32,000 nt of DNA, taken from NCBI RefSeq assembly GCF_003258835.1, contig NZ_NPEV01000024.1, positions 17,941 through 49,940 of the forward strand, in the 5' to 3' direction. The DNA comes from Rhodobium orientis (GTDB lineage Bacteria; Pseudomonadota; Alphaproteobacteria; Rhizobiales; Rhodobiaceae). Below the pieces are notes generated by a model. The model was not told the origin of the DNA. It saw only the letters and a program-made list of their open reading frames with translations, and searched no databases. Below are positions 31,558-32,000 of this stretch, piece by piece. How positions within the stretch are numbered: position 1 is the stretch's first letter; each line of letters begins with the position of its first letter. The position numbers and the translations under genes are program-made.

Positions 31558-32000
31558 TCAAGTCATCGGGTGGCGGCGGAACAGTAGGGAGCGATAGGCG
31601 CCCTCGACGTACCTCATGCCCTCTCGAAAACGCCGCATGACGGCGTCGCGTTCGGGCATGGATTTCCACGCCGTGGTGCTGACGTGATCGGCGTGAAGAG
31701 CGATCTCGGCGATCTCCTGGAAGGTCGCGCCGGACCGGCGTCCGTCGATCACCCGCAGCATTTGGCGGAGATTGCGTCTGCGATAGGAACTGACGCGCTG
31801 GTCGGGCTCCGTTCGTCGGAGGCGCAGAGCGCAGGCGAACCGCCGGATCGTATCCATACGATCGTCAAGAAAACGATCGAGAAGGGCGGTTGCCGCCACA
31901 GGTCCTTGCGGCAGGGGATCGCCGAGATAAAGGGCCGGAAAGTTCTGGCCTGCAATGTCGAGGCCGAGATAGTGCCCTTCGGGCGCGCGGTGGGTACGCG
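31558..32000 (-). CDS. DUF2285-domain transcriptional regulator (FseA-like), C-terminal part; N-terminus lies outside the window
   Basis: Track ORF 31558..31899 begins at a GTG, but by hand translation the frame stays open to position 32000 (...RAPEGHYLGLDIAGQNFPALYLGDPLPQGPVAATALLDRF...). The C-terminal LRQMLRVIDGRRSGATFQEIAEIAL...AWKSMPERDAVMRRFREGMRYVEGAYRSLL matches my memory of DUF2285 proteins. Confidence 0.75.
   Translation of the reverse strand, partial: RTHRAPEGHYLGLDIAGQNFPALYLGDPLPQGPVAATALLDRFLDDRMDTIRRFACALRLRRTEPDQRVSSYRRRNLRQMLRVIDGRRSGATFQEIAEIALHADHVSTTAWKSMPERDAVMRRFREGMRYVEGAYRSLLFRRHPMT

Larger units (their letters stand above)
12474..32000 (-). mobile_element. Conjugative-element backbone (Tn4371 / ICEMlSymR7A-type ICE or integrated conjugative plasmid): regulation, RepA/ParA maintenance, Dtr (relaxase, TraG) and P-type Trb T4SS
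   Basis: A colinear minus-strand gene set with the characteristic order, listed individually below. Thirteen gene junctions are ATGA or TGATG overlaps. The integrase and att sites are not in the window; the right end continues beyond 32000. Confidence 0.85.

Noticed and set aside
12474-32000. Defence or cargo modules hidden in the conjugation backbone (restriction-modification, toxin-antitoxin, Abi, CBASS, retron and similar)
   Set aside because: Every ORF of appreciable size in this span is accounted for by a backbone family, and gaps are 200 bp or less. There are no reverse transcriptase, nuclease/helicase, methyltransferase or cyclase signatures. The RHH proteins are paired with ParA and with traG/trbB, not with toxins.

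Overview
High-GC alphaproteobacterial (Rhizobiales-like) DNA in three blocks. Calls rest on hand translation and motif recognition; no database search was run.

(1) 1-9950: an accessory block. It holds a truncated Wzx-like flippase and an OPX (Wza/ExoF-like) polysaccharide-export lipoprotein. A dense signalling cluster follows:
- a periplasmic molybdopterin-oxidoreductase-fold protein co-transcribed with a PAS-HK-REC-Hpt hybrid kinase;
- a single-domain receiver;
- a 1298-aa MASE1-CHASE-3xPAS-HK kinase with a divergent C-terminal receiver.

(2) 9950-11545: a decay zone. It contains a multiply frameshifted IS5-family transposase remnant and a roughly 27% G+C island of about 260 bp. It also holds an IS3-family transposase C-terminal fragment and about 480 bp with no convincing gene.

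(3) 11546-32000: a LysR regulator, then an apparently intact, almost gap-free minus-strand conjugation and maintenance backbone. Read 5' to 3' on the minus strand, the order is DUF2285 regulator (partial), HTH_17 excisionase-like, RepA, ParA, RHH, DUF2840, S26 TraF, DUF736, lytic transglycosylase, an 85-aa ORF, relaxase, TraG, CopG-like RHH, TrbB-C-D-E-J-K(alt)-L-F-G-I and DUF2274. This is the gene order of Tn4371 / ICEMlSymR7A-type integrative conjugative elements. The integrase and att ends are not in the window.

I found no rRNA, tRNA, CRISPR array or recognisable defence system, so I cannot point to a clearly novel multi-gene system. The least explained signals are:
- iteron-like 17-mers plus an AT-rich periodic patch embedded in the repA 3' coding tail just upstream of parA;
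- the AT-rich island between the IS remnants;
- an ORF coupled at both ends just upstream of the relaxase;
- a nested palindrome in front of trbB;
- a Shine-Dalgarno-equipped 18-codon uORF abutting the large kinase;
- the periplasmic Mo-fold protein paired with a kinase.
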